Of a DNA stretch of 64,000 nucleotides, positions 37,282-46,784 are shown piece after piece (within the stretch, counting starts at the first letter, position 1; each line of letters starts with the position of its first letter). Origin of the DNA: Alphaproteobacteria bacterium (GTDB taxonomy: Bacteria > Pseudomonadota > Alphaproteobacteria > UBA828); NCBI GenBank assembly GCA_963667785.2, contig CAXXMU010000001.1, positions 768,001 to 832,000 of the forward strand. The letters run 5' to 3'. Under the pieces are notes generated by a model. It had not been told where the DNA came from, ran no database searches, and saw only the letters and a list, made by a program, of their open reading frames with translations. The position numbers and the translations under genes were made by a program.

Positions 37282-38180
37282 CCGAGTTCCACGAGTTCAT
37301 GGTGGCGATCCTGCGCTCCGGCACGCCGCTGGTCTACGTCACCATGGCGGGCGTCATCGCGCAGCGGGCCGGCGTCTGGCATCTCGGCCTCGAGGGCGTG
37401 ATGATCATCGGCGCCTGCGCCACGATCCTCGGCATCGTCCTCACCGACTCGTTCCCGGCAGCCATCGCGATCGCCTGCGTGCTCTGCGTCGCCGCCTCGG
37501 TCCTGCTCTGGTTCGTGATTGAGAAGCTCGGCGCCAACCCCATCATCGCGGGCTTGGGCCTCACGGGGCTCGGGATCGGCGGGACGGCGCTCGCCGTCCA
37601 GGCCCTCTTCGGCAGCCTGGCGGCCGTGACCGCGCCCTTCGGCGTGCCCCGGCTCGGCGCGGCCTTTGGCCCCTACGGCGCGCTCTCGATCTTCGTCCTG
37701 ATGATGCCCGTCGTGGTCTGGGGCATGTGGGTGCTGCTGCGCCGCACGCGCTTCGGCCTGCGCCTCGCCGCTGCCGGCGAGCATCCGCTCGCGGCACGCA
37801 GCGTCGGCACCAGCCCGGCCCGCGCCAGGCTCATCGCGCTGGCGGCGGGCGGCGTCCTCTGCGCCATCGGCGGCGCCGAGCTCGCGGCCGGCGGCCTCAC
37901 GATCTTCGCGCAGAACATGACCGCGGGGCGCGGTTTCATGAGCTTCGCCGCCGTCATCTTCGGCGCGGCGCATCCCGTAGGGGCTGCCTTCGCGGCGCTG
38001 TTCTTCAGCCTGGTGGGCGTCGCGGGAATCAGGCTGCAGCTTCTCTTCGGCGCGAGCATCCCGCACGACGTGCTGCTCTCGCTCCCCTACATGGCGACGA
38101 TCCTCGGCGTCTGGATCAGCGGGCGGATGCGCGGCGGTGCCAAGGCCGCCACCGAAGCCTCGGAGCTCCGCGATTACTAG
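37278..38180 (+). CDS. nucleoside ABC permease
   Basis: TPL....G...QRAGV..LGLEG.M, RTRFGLRL.AAGEHP.AA.S.G, MTAGRGF and LPY. Confidence 0.9.
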   Translation: MTEFHEFMVAILRSGTPLVYVTMAGVIAQRAGVWHLGLEGVMIIGACATILGIVLTDSFPAAIAIACVLCVAASVLLWFVIEKLGANPIIAGLGLTGLGIGGTALAVQALFGSLAAVTAPFGVPRLGAAFGPYGALSIFVLMMPVVVWGMWVLLRRTRFGLRLAAAGEHPLAARSVGTSPARARLIALAAGGVLCAIGGAELAAGGLTIFAQNMTAGRGFMSFAAVIFGAAHPVGAAFAALFFSLVGVAGIRLQLLFGASIPHDVLLSLPYMATILGVWISGRMRGGAKAATEASELRDY

Positions 38181-38737
38181 CCCGGATTATTCGCGGCGAA
38201 TCTGACTTGGGGGTGGCGGGCATGGGGTAAGCCGTTGCCATCGGCTAGCAATTCTCTGTCGACCTATCTTTCTCCCCGAGCAGCGAACGCGCCACGCCGA
38301 CCACGACCGACGAGATCCTTCTCCCCGCCGATTTATCAATCGTCCGCCGCAACAAGGTGAGTGCCGCCTTCGATGATGTTGATCGGCGCGAGGATTGGAC
38401 GCCGATCGGCGCTCTAACTCATTGATATAGCATGAACCCGTAGGGTCAAAATGGGCACCTAGCAACAGTCATGGCACTGCGTCTCCTGGGAAAACAGTCG
38501 CCCGCCGGCAAGTGGCTGCGTACTCGCTTGTCGTCTGCCCGGCGCCACGGCCGGCCCGGACCGCGCGGGTGGCAGCGCGCCGGCGCCGTTGGACTCCGAT
38601 CGGTATCCGGTAGCGTCGATACTAGGGCGGGTTGTGCCCTCAAAGGCCATTCCGACGCAGCGGCGATCCGTCGTTCTCGATCCGAGTCCTGCGAGGGCTC
38701 CCGCGGTCGAGCGTCGGGCGTGGATTTCAGGCCGGCG

Positions 38738-39037
38738 CTAGCCGGGACGACCCGTCCTCCACTCCCACGGCCGGACCTGAACGTCGGCGAAGACGTCCGC
38801 CTTGCCGTAAGGGCTGTCCGCCAGGAATGCTCGCGCCGCCTCCAAGGAAGGCGCCTCGGCGATCAGGAGCAGGCCGACGATGGTCTCCGAATCATCGGAG
38901 AGTGTCGGGCCGGCGTTATGGACGACGACGCCGGGATGTTCGGGATGGTTACGCAGATAGTCGATGAAGGCGCCCTGAATCTCGCTGCCTGCCTCGACCC
39001 GTCCCGGCTTGTGCGTGACGAAAGCGACGACGTGCAT
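38738..39037 (-). CDS. YciI family protein
   Basis: AGPTLSDD....G.LLI.EAPSLEAARAFLADSPY.KA.VF..V.VRPW. Confidence 0.8.
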   Translation of the reverse strand: MHVVAFVTHKPGRVEAGSEIQGAFIDYLRNHPEHPGVVVHNAGPTLSDDSETIVGLLLIAEAPSLEAARAFLADSPYGKADVFADVQVRPWEWRTGRPG

Positions 39038-39089
39038 CGGTCTTCTCCCCGTCCCTATGCATAACCCGCTTTGATCACGCTAGGCCCGC

Positions 39090-40847
39090 TCATCGCACCC
39101 TGTCAATCGACGGCTCCACGCGGACGGTCACGATATCCGTATCGTGGTACTGCTGATGGCGGACCGACGAGGCCAGGTGACGCAGCAGCCGCAGCGAGAT
39201 CTCCCGCTCGATCATCGCGCCGGCGCTGGCCTCGCCCAGCAGCGCGAGCCGGTCCTGAATGTTCTCCTCGCCTTTCGAGGCGACGAACTCCAGCACCGCG
39301 CCGCCGTCCTCGCTGCGCGCCGTGAGGAGCAGCCGCCGCCGCTCCGTGTCCGCACCGGGCTCGTCCTGTCTCTGGAGCGTTAGCAGCGTCTCTTCGCAGA
39401 CGGCATCGAGGCGGTCCACCATCTGCGCATCCCAGCCTCTTCGCGACGCGAACGCGTCGATGAACGCCCGGATCTCGTGCAGGGCGGAGGGATCGAACGC
39501 CACCTCCAGCCGGCGGCGGCGCGGCTTCGTCAGCTCGACGAACATGGTCATGACGATCGCCGCGATGCCTCCGGTCAGCATCCCGTTCTTCAGGAAGCCG
39601 CCCGCGAACGCCGTGACATGCTCGGGAAAGATCGCCTCGCTCTGAAAGCCCACGCCGATCCAGAACGCGACCCCGGCGATCAGGCCTTTGCGGTAGTCGA
39701 TCCCGTCCTGAATGATCACCCTCATGCCGATGATGAAGATCGTCGCCATCGTGACGCCGACGAACGCCGTGATGACCGGCCCTGGTATCGCAAGGATCAC
39801 GGCAAGCGCCTTGGGAACGAATGCCAGCACGATGAACGCCGCTCCCAGCGCGATGCCGATGCGGCGGGAGCTGATCCCGGTAATCTCGACCATGGACGCA
39901 CCCGTCGGCCGGAAGCCGAGCGGCATCGTGCCCGCGAGGCCCGACAGCAGGTTGCCCGCCCCGTCAGCTGCCACGGCGCCCTGCACCGCCCGGAAGTCCA
40001 CGGCCCGGCTCTCGGCCCACGAGACGCGCTGGATCGCGACGGCGCCGCTGATGGTTTGAATCGTGCAGACCAGGGCGATGAACACGAAGGCGGGCAGCAG
40101 CGCCCAGAAGTCGGGCTCGAAGCGCAGGTCCAGGGCCGACCACTCGGGCGTCGGAATGCCGATCCACGACGCCTGGACGATGCGGTCGACGTCGTAGAGG
40201 CCGAACACGCCCGCGACGAACGAGCCCGCGACGATTCCGATGATCGGCGCCCAGAGGCGTACCCGTCCCTTTGCCGTCAGCGTGACCCCGACGATGACGA
40301 CCAGCGTCGCCGCTGCGCTGAGCGGGGCGGCTAGAGGCGGCGTGCCGCTCGGCACGTTCTTCAACTGGTCGAACATGACCGGCATGATCGTCACCGGAGT
40401 CAGCATGAGAACCGTCCCCGTGACGGTCGGCGTCAGGATGCGGCGGAACAGAGAGAGGCGCGCGGAGAAGACGAACTGGACCAGGGCGAGGGTGACGACC
40501 AGGGTCGCGAGCAACGCCGGGCCGCCGGCGGAGAGGGCGGCGATGCTGACCGCGATGGATGCCCCGGACGTTCCGATCGCGAGGATGTAGCCGGCGCCGA
40601 AGCGGCCGATGCGCCGCGCCTGGAGAATCGCGGTCACGCCGCAGAGCGCGACGGAGGCGAACACGGCCCACAGCAGGACGTCCTCGGGCTGGCCGGCCGC
40701 CCTGAACACGACCGTCGGAATCATCACCGCGCCCGGCAGGACAAGGCAGGCGATCTGCAAGGCGAGGCCCACACTGAGCGGGACCGGGATCTTCGCGTCG
40801 GGATGACGGCGGCTTCCGGAGCGCCGGTCGGACTCGTCGAGTCCCAT
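39090..40847 (-). CDS. NCS2 xanthine/uracil permease fused to a C-terminal RsbW/HATPase-like domain
   Basis: LALQ, TPTVTGTV, GAVAADG.GNLLSGL.G, ITG.SSR and IPGPV, followed by a ~140-aa soluble tail (IRAFI..F....GW....RL..VCEE...LRLLRHLASSVRH). Confidence 0.85.
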   Translation of the reverse strand: MGLDESDRRSGSRRHPDAKIPVPLSVGLALQIACLVLPGAVMIPTVVFRAAGQPEDVLLWAVFASVALCGVTAILQARRIGRFGAGYILAIGTSGASIAVSIAALSAGGPALLATLVVTLALVQFVFSARLSLFRRILTPTVTGTVLMLTPVTIMPVMFDQLKNVPSGTPPLAAPLSAAATLVVIVGVTLTAKGRVRLWAPIIGIVAGSFVAGVFGLYDVDRIVQASWIGIPTPEWSALDLRFEPDFWALLPAFVFIALVCTIQTISGAVAIQRVSWAESRAVDFRAVQGAVAADGAGNLLSGLAGTMPLGFRPTGASMVEITGISSRRIGIALGAAFIVLAFVPKALAVILAIPGPVITAFVGVTMATIFIIGMRVIIQDGIDYRKGLIAGVAFWIGVGFQSEAIFPEHVTAFAGGFLKNGMLTGGIAAIVMTMFVELTKPRRRRLEVAFDPSALHEIRAFIDAFASRRGWDAQMVDRLDAVCEETLLTLQRQDEPGADTERRRLLLTARSEDGGAVLEFVASKGEENIQDRLALLGEASAGAMIEREISLRLLRHLASSVRHQQYHDTDIVTVRVEPSIDRVR

Positions 40848-41003
40848 GTCCTGATCCCCGTTGCCTGCGGAGAGCGCGGCGACGACGGCTTCGCCGGTGC
40901 GTCGGGCGACCTCGACGGGCAGAACGCTGCTTTCCGAGGCATCCTCGCGCACGCGTTCGCCGCTCCCATTCAACGGCAAACGCGCGGGCCGCGCAAAGAA
41001 GCG

Positions 41004-42320
41004 CTAGCTCAGGCCCGGCAGCCAGAGGCAGATGGCGGGGAGCGACAGAATGATCGCGAGGAGAACGAGCGCGCTCAGCACGAACGGCACGACGCCTCTG
41101 AACGACTCGCCCAGCCGGGTCTTTCCGTCCAGCGAATTGATCACGTAGACGTTGAGGCCGATGGGTGGCGTGATCAGTCCGATCTCGACGGCGATCAGGG
41201 CCAGGATGCCGAACCAGATGGCGATCTCCTCTTCCGTGTAGCCGAAGTCGAGTCCGGTCACCAACGGAAAGAAGACGGGCACCGTCAGCAGGATCATCGC
41301 CAGGCTGTCCATGACGCAGCCGAGGATCAGGTAGACGAGCACGATCCCGACCATGATCGTTATCGGCGCAAGCCCCGACCCAGCCAGCGCATCCGCCAGC
41401 GCGGTGGTGACCTGGGACAACGCGAGGAAGCTGTTGAAGATCTCGGCGCTGATCAGGATGAGGAAGATCATCGCGGTGGCCTGCGCGGTCTCGAGCAGGC
41501 TCGACACGAAGGCCGACCAGCTTAGCCGCCCGGAGGCGAGCGCGACCAGGGCGGTCGCCGCAGCCCCGATCGCGGCGGCCTCGGTCGGCGTGAAGACGCC
41601 GAAGTAGATCCCGCCGATGACCGAGAAGAAGATCGCCACCACCGGCCACACCGCGCCCAGGCTGCGGATACGCGCGCGGTACGGCAGGGCCGGCACTACC
41701 GGACCCGCCTCGGGCTTCAGCCGGACATAGACGGCGATCGCCACCGCGTAGCCGAGCGTCGCGACGAGGCCAGGGATCAGCGCGGCCAGGAAGAGCGTGC
41801 CCACCGACTGCTCCGTGATGACCGCGTAGATCACCAGGATCACCGATGGCGGTATCAGGATGCCGAGGGTTCCGCCGGCGGCCAGCGTGCCGGTGGCCAG
41901 CGCCCCGGAATAGCCGTGGCGCCGCATCTCGGGCAGCGCCACCGAGGCCATCGTCGCTCCGGTCGCGATGGAGGAGCCGCAAATCGAGCCGAACGCGGCG
42001 CAGCCGAAGACGGTGGAGACGGCCAGCCCGCCGCGCCGGTGCCCGACCCAGGCGCGAGCCGCATCGAACAGCGCGCGGCTGAGCCCGGAGCGTGTCGCAA
42101 GCTGACCCATCAACAGGAACAGCGGCAGCACCGATAGCGTGTAGCTCGACACCCGGCCGAACGGCGCGGTGTTCAGCAGGTTGAGGAATGCCGACCACCC
42201 GGCGAGCGACGCGAAGCCGAAGCCGCCGACGACGAACATCGCCACCGCGACCGGCATCCTGAGAGCGATCAGCACCAGGCAGACGCCGAACAGGAGCCCG
42301 CCGAACTCGATGCTCGTCAT
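41004..42320 (-). CDS. dctM: TRAP transporter large permease
   Basis: LPLFLLMG, FGSICGSS.AT, GGTLGILIPPS, FTPTEAAA and GLITPPIGLN. Confidence 0.93.
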   Translation of the reverse strand: MTSIEFGGLLFGVCLVLIALRMPVAVAMFVVGGFGFASLAGWSAFLNLLNTAPFGRVSSYTLSVLPLFLLMGQLATRSGLSRALFDAARAWVGHRRGGLAVSTVFGCAAFGSICGSSIATGATMASVALPEMRRHGYSGALATGTLAAGGTLGILIPPSVILVIYAVITEQSVGTLFLAALIPGLVATLGYAVAIAVYVRLKPEAGPVVPALPYRARIRSLGAVWPVVAIFFSVIGGIYFGVFTPTEAAAIGAAATALVALASGRLSWSAFVSSLLETAQATAMIFLILISAEIFNSFLALSQVTTALADALAGSGLAPITIMVGIVLVYLILGCVMDSLAMILLTVPVFFPLVTGLDFGYTEEEIAIWFGILALIAVEIGLITPPIGLNVYVINSLDGKTRLGESFRGVVPFVLSALVLLAIILSLPAICLWLPGLS

Positions 42321-42877
42321 CGCCTCAGGACGTGCACGTGGCGATAGACCACCAGGACGCAGATCGCGGTCAGCAATCCCGCTCCGAGCAGCGCGGAGAA
42401 GTAGGCCCAATGGATGGGGATGCCCAGGAACAGAGTCGTCTCGCCGTCCTTGAGCTTGTGCATGCCGCCGACGAACAGACGCCACGTGATCAAGCCGGCA
42501 ACCAGCGTGAAGACGACATTGTGAAGCGTGCCCAGCGCCGTCTTGTGGCGCGCAGGCAATCCGCCGGTGAAGAACTCCACGACGATGTTGCCGCTCCTGG
42601 CGTGGCAATACGGGAAGAAGGCGAACACCGCGACGCCGCAGGCAAGCTCGGTGAGCTCGTAATCGCCGGGGATCGGGGCGTTGAAGAGATAGCGCCCGAG
42701 GACGCTGATCACGGTCATCAGCACGACCCCGATCAGCAGCATGCCTCCGGCGATTGCGACCAATCGGGCCGGCCGTTCCAGGCGGGCTCCGATGTTGTGG
42801 CCTGCGGAATAGGGGGCCGGCCCGCGCGCCGTATCGCCCGCCTCGTGGTCCTCTCCCGGCTTAGCGCTGGAGCTCAT
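42317..42877 (-). CDS. dctQ: TRAP transporter small permease
   Basis: VLGRYLFNAPIPGDYEL and NIVVEFF, with four hydrophobic segments. Confidence 0.88.
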   Translation of the reverse strand: MSSSAKPGEDHEAGDTARGPAPYSAGHNIGARLERPARLVAIAGGMLLIGVVLMTVISVLGRYLFNAPIPGDYELTELACGVAVFAFFPYCHARSGNIVVEFFTGGLPARHKTALGTLHNVVFTLVAGLITWRLFVGGMHKLKDGETTLFLGIPIHWAYFSALLGAGLLTAICVLVVYRHVHVLRR

Positions 42878-43910
42878 CGCCGTACTTGGCGACGAGGCGC
42901 CTTGCGTCGGCGAGCATGGCCTCCCCGTCGTGTCCCAGGGCGTTGACCTTCTCGACCCAGCCGTCGATCACCGGCTGCGCGGTGGCCCGCCACCGCGCGC
43001 GCTCCGCTTCCGCCAACGGAAATATCGAATGGCCCTGCTCCAGCGCGATCGCACGGCCCGGCTCCTCGTCGTCCTGCCACAGGCGGCCGAGACGCTTGGC
43101 CAGCGCTCTTCCCGTGGTCTCGTCGATAATCGTCCGGATGTCCGCCGGTAGCCCGTCGTAGCGCGCCTTGTTCATGGTCATCAGGAACAGAACGCAGGAG
43201 AGGGAAACCTCGGTGTGGAACTGCGTCACCTCGTGCAGGCGAAAGGGCCGCATGATGGTCCACGGGAGCCAAGCGCCTTCCACCACGCCCCGCGAGAGCG
43301 CCTCGTAGACCTTCGGAACCGGCATGCCGATCGGCACGGCGCCGAGCGCCTCCAGCATCGCCGCGCTGGCCCGCGACGGGGCACGCATCTTAAGCCCTTC
43401 GAGGTCTTCGAGGGTTCGGACCTCCCGGTCGGCGGTGTGGATGTGGCCGGGAGCCGCGGCATGGAATACCAGGGGATGGGTATCCTCGTACTCGTCCTGC
43501 AGCCACGTCCGGTAGAAGTCGTTCAAGGCTTGGCTGGTCGCCTCCGCATCCGCGCAGACGAAGGGCAGCTCGAACGCTTCGGTCAGCGGAAACCGCCCCG
43601 CCGAGTAACCCGGCAAGGTCCAGACGATATCGACCACGCCGTCGCGCGCCTGCCCGTAAAGGTCGGACGGCTTGCCGCCGAGCTGCATCGCCGGGAACAC
43701 CTGCACGTCGACCCGGCCTTCGGTTCTCTCCTCGATCTCCTCGGCCCATGGCTGCAGAAACAGCCGCACCGCGATCGACTTGGGCGAGTTGAAGGTGTGC
43801 AGCCGGAGCGTGATCGGCTCCGCGCCCGCGCTGCCTGCAAGCGCACAGAACAGTGCCGCAGCAAGGGAAGGAAGCAGCGCACAGACGACGGTTCGGCGAA
43901 TCACGCCCAT
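42861..43910 (-). CDS. dctP: TRAP transporter substrate-binding protein
   Basis: Signal peptide, FPAMQLGG, GRFPLTEAFELPF, DLEGLKMR and YEALSRGVVEG. Confidence 0.92.
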   Translation of the reverse strand: MGVIRRTVVCALLPSLAAALFCALAGSAGAEPITLRLHTFNSPKSIAVRLFLQPWAEEIEERTEGRVDVQVFPAMQLGGKPSDLYGQARDGVVDIVWTLPGYSAGRFPLTEAFELPFVCADAEATSQALNDFYRTWLQDEYEDTHPLVFHAAAPGHIHTADREVRTLEDLEGLKMRAPSRASAAMLEALGAVPIGMPVPKVYEALSRGVVEGAWLPWTIMRPFRLHEVTQFHTEVSLSCVLFLMTMNKARYDGLPADIRTIIDETTGRALAKRLGRLWQDDEEPGRAIALEQGHSIFPLAEAERARWRATAQPVIDGWVEKVNALGHDGEAMLADARRLVAKYGDELQR

Positions 43911-44039
43911 CGGTTGCCTCCCTTGAGCCCCATGATCGAAACCGCACGCGCTCGAACGACCCGGCCCTGAGGACGGGCGACGGTCGTCCGGGCGCCACGG
44001 AATACCGGTCGGCTCCTATCGGGTGGTCCGGTTTGAATG

Positions 44040-44443
44040 TTAGTTGAGGGCCGTCGGAGAGGCCATGTCCGAAGTCGCCAGTCGCGCCCTCTCCAGCGCC
44101 GGCGAGGCGGGTCGCAAAGGTGACTGGAACACGAGGTCGGAGCCGTCATGGATGGACTCGGCTTCTGCCAGGATCGCCACGGAGCGAGGCGAGCGAGGCC
44201 TCCGGTGCTCGACGTTGGCCGTCATACGCTCGGCAGGGACGGTCCAGGTGGCGGCTTCCATGTCCATTTCAGACCAGTGTGCGCCGCGCGTTTCGCTGCT
44301 GCGCGCCGACGGCCTGCGACGGCAATGCGCTTTATCCAGGATCGCGTGCCGGCCTGCGGAATCTTGAAGTAGAGCCCGCCGCCGTCGCCGTGCATACCGG
44401 GCGTCTTGAGGGTTCGAATGCCCGTAGCGGTCAGTCTCGCCAT
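44040..44443 (-). pseudogene. deleted and frameshifted P4-like tyrosine integrase
   Basis: Arm-binding N-terminus MARLTATGIRTLKTPGMHGDGGGLY in one frame, and catalytic-domain piece RSSETRGAHWSEMDMEAATWTVPAERM..EH in another. It is adjacent to the tRNA 3' end. Confidence 0.85.
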
Positions 44444-44447
44444 CGCA

Positions 44448-44483
44448 CATCCCCACATCCATCCTCACACCGTTGTGGGGATG
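44448..44483. repeat. putative integrase arm-type sites
   Basis: CATCCCCACA (44448), CATCCTCACA (44460) and inverted TGTGGGGATG (44474), between the integrase start and the tRNA. Confidence 0.55.
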
Positions 44484-44581
44484 GATGGGAAGGAGTGGGA
44501 GCATTCAAGACCCTATTGGGCAGGAAACCGTTGATTTCCAGGGGGGCCAGCCGTCTCGGGAGTAACTGAAAGAGGAGGGGA

Positions 44582-44657
<76 letters not shown>

Positions 44658-44749
44658 GACGCGGCGGCCGGGCGTTCCCCCGGCCGAAAGCGGCCGGATC
44701 ATGCGGCGGCGTGCGGACACCTGTCAAGCGGGGCACCCCGCGCCCCGGC

Positions 44750-46753
44750 TCACTCGTCTGCGGCAAACTCCATGATGACCTGGTCGGCGGCGAGGCTGTC
44801 ACCCACCTGCACGCGGACCGCGACGATGCGGCCGTCGCGCTCGGCGCGCAGCACGTTCTCCATCTTCATCGCATCGACGATGGCGAGCGGCTGCCCCGCC
44901 CGCACCGTGTCGCCTTCCGCTGCCGGCAGCGCCACCACCAGTCCCGGCATGGGCGAGAGCAGGAAGCGGGAGAGGTCGAGCGCCGCCTTCGCCGGCATCT
45001 GGGCGGCGAGCTTCGCCGCCCGCGGCGTCCGCACCCTGGCCCGCACCTCATGGCCACGCCAGCGCAGCGCGAGCGCGGTGCCCTGGCGTTCGACCTGGAC
45101 GGTGACCGGGGTGCCCGCCACGGTGCCGCTGAAGAGGCGCTCGTGGGGCTGCCAGTCGCTTGCGACCGGCACGGCACCGTCCTCGCCCGCGACCACGATC
45201 CCGCCCCCATCCCCATCCTCGTCGAGCCGCACCGCGTGCCGGCTCCTGCCCAGATCGACCACCCAGTCGCCCGTGTGCCTGAGCGGCGGCGCGCCCGCGA
45301 CCTGGCCCGAGATGCGGGCGGTGCGGGCCGCGAGCCTCGCGTGCACCAGGGCCGCGACCGCGACGAGGACGCGGCGGGCCTCGTCGTCGAGAACGGCAGG
45401 ATCGAAGCCCGCGCCGAACTCCTCCTCGATGAAGGCGGTCGACAGCCTGCCCTCGGCGAAGCGCGCGCGCCCCAGCACGGCGTTGAGGAAGCCCGCATTG
45501 TGGGCGACGCCGCGTATCTCGTAACGGTCGAGCGCATCCCGCATGGCGGCGATGGCGGCGGTCCGGTCCGGCCCGTGGGTGACGAGCTTCGCGATCATGG
45601 GATCGTAGAACATGGAGATCTCGGAGCCTTCGTCCACGCCGGCATCGACCCGCACCGACTCCGTCTCCGCCGGCTCGCGGTAGCGCGAGAGGTGCCCGAT
45701 CGAGGGGACGAAGCCCCGTACCGGGTCCTCGGCGTAGATGCGGCACTCCATGGCCCAGCCCCGCCGCGCCACGTCCTCCTGGGCGAAGGCGAGCGGCTCG
45801 CCGGCGGCGATCCTGATCTGCTGCTCCACCAGGTCAATGCCGGCGACCATCTCGGTGATCGGGTGCTCGACCTGGAGGCGCGTGTTCATCTCGAGGAAGT
45901 AGAAGTTCCGGCTCTGGTCGGCGACGAACTCGACCGTGCCGGCGGAGCGGTAGCCGACCGCCTTCGCCAGCGCGCAGGCCTGGGCGCCCATCGCCGCCCG
46001 GGTCGCCTCGTCAAGCAGCGGGCTCGGCGCCTCCTCGATCACCTTCTGGTGGCGGCGCTGGATCGAGCATTCCCGCTCGCCGAGATGGACGACCGTGCCG
46101 GCACCGTCGGCCAGCACCTGGATCTCGACGTGGCGCGGGTCCTCGATGAAGCGCTCGACGAAGACCCGCCCGTCGCCGAAGGCTGCGGTGGCCTCGTTGA
46201 TGGCCGACGCCATGCCCTCGCGCAGGCCCGCCTCGTCCCACACGAGCCGCATGCCCTTGCCGCCGCCGCCGGCGGCCGCCTTGAGCATGACCGGATAGCC
46301 GATCTCGCGCGCGGCCCGGGCCGCCTCGTCGATATCGTCGACGGCGTCCTCGGTGCCGGGGATGATGGCCACGCCGGCGTTTGCCGCGATTCTGCGGGCG
46401 GCGAGCTTGTCCCCCATCGCCCCGATCGCCTGTGGTGGAGGCCCGATGAAGGCGATCCCTTCCGCAGCGAGCGCCTCGGCGAAGGCCGCGCTCTCGGAGA
46501 GGAAGCCATAGCCGGGATGCACCGCGTCCGCGCCGGTCTCCGCGATCGCGCGGAGCAGCGCGTCCACGTTCAGGTAGCTTTCCGCGGCGGCGGCCGGGCC
46601 GATGGGATGTGCCTCGTCAGCCATGCGCGCGTGCAGCGCACCCTCGTCGGCCTCGGAATAGACGGCGACGGTGCCGATGCCGAGCCTGCGCGCGGAGCGG
46701 ATCACCCTGCAGGCGATCTCCGCGCGGTTGGCGATCAGGATCTTGGAAAACAC
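44750..46753 (-). CDS. pccA: propionyl-CoA carboxylase alpha (biotin carboxylase plus BCCP)
   Basis: KILIANR.EIA.R, HPGYGFLSE, GGGGKGMR, ERECSIQRRHQK, EMNTRLQVEH and biotin site AMKM. Confidence 0.9.
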   Translation of the reverse strand: MFSKILIANRAEIACRVIRSARRLGIGTVAVYSEADEGALHARMADEAHPIGPAAAAESYLNVDALLRAIAETGADAVHPGYGFLSESAAFAEALAAEGIAFIGPPPQAIGAMGDKLAARRIAANAGVAIIPGTEDAVDDIDEAARAAREIGYPVMLKAAAGGGGKGMRLVWDEAGLREGMASAINEATAAFGDGRVFVERFIEDPRHVEIQVLADGAGTVVHLGERECSIQRRHQKVIEEAPSPLLDEATRAAMGAQACALAKAVGYRSAGTVEFVADQSRNFYFLEMNTRLQVEHPITEMVAGIDLVEQQIRIAAGEPLAFAQEDVARRGWAMECRIYAEDPVRGFVPSIGHLSRYREPAETESVRVDAGVDEGSEISMFYDPMIAKLVTHGPDRTAAIAAMRDALDRYEIRGVAHNAGFLNAVLGRARFAEGRLSTAFIEEEFGAGFDPAVLDDEARRVLVAVAALVHARLAARTARISGQVAGAPPLRHTGDWVVDLGRSRHAVRLDEDGDGGGIVVAGEDGAVPVASDWQPHERLFSGTVAGTPVTVQVERQGTALALRWRGHEVRARVRTPRAAKLAAQMPAKAALDLSRFLLSPMPGLVVALPAAEGDTVRAGQPLAIVDAMKMENVLRAERDGRIVAVRVQVGDSLAADQVIMEFAADE

Positions 46754-46784
46754 CGGCGGCTGTCTTCGCTTCGCCCGGCGTCCG

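Noticed and set aside
39111-39119. CGGCTCCAC matching the tRNA-Ala 3' end, as an att site
   Set aside because: Only 9 bp, in the wrong orientation for a direct repeat, and inside a CDS.
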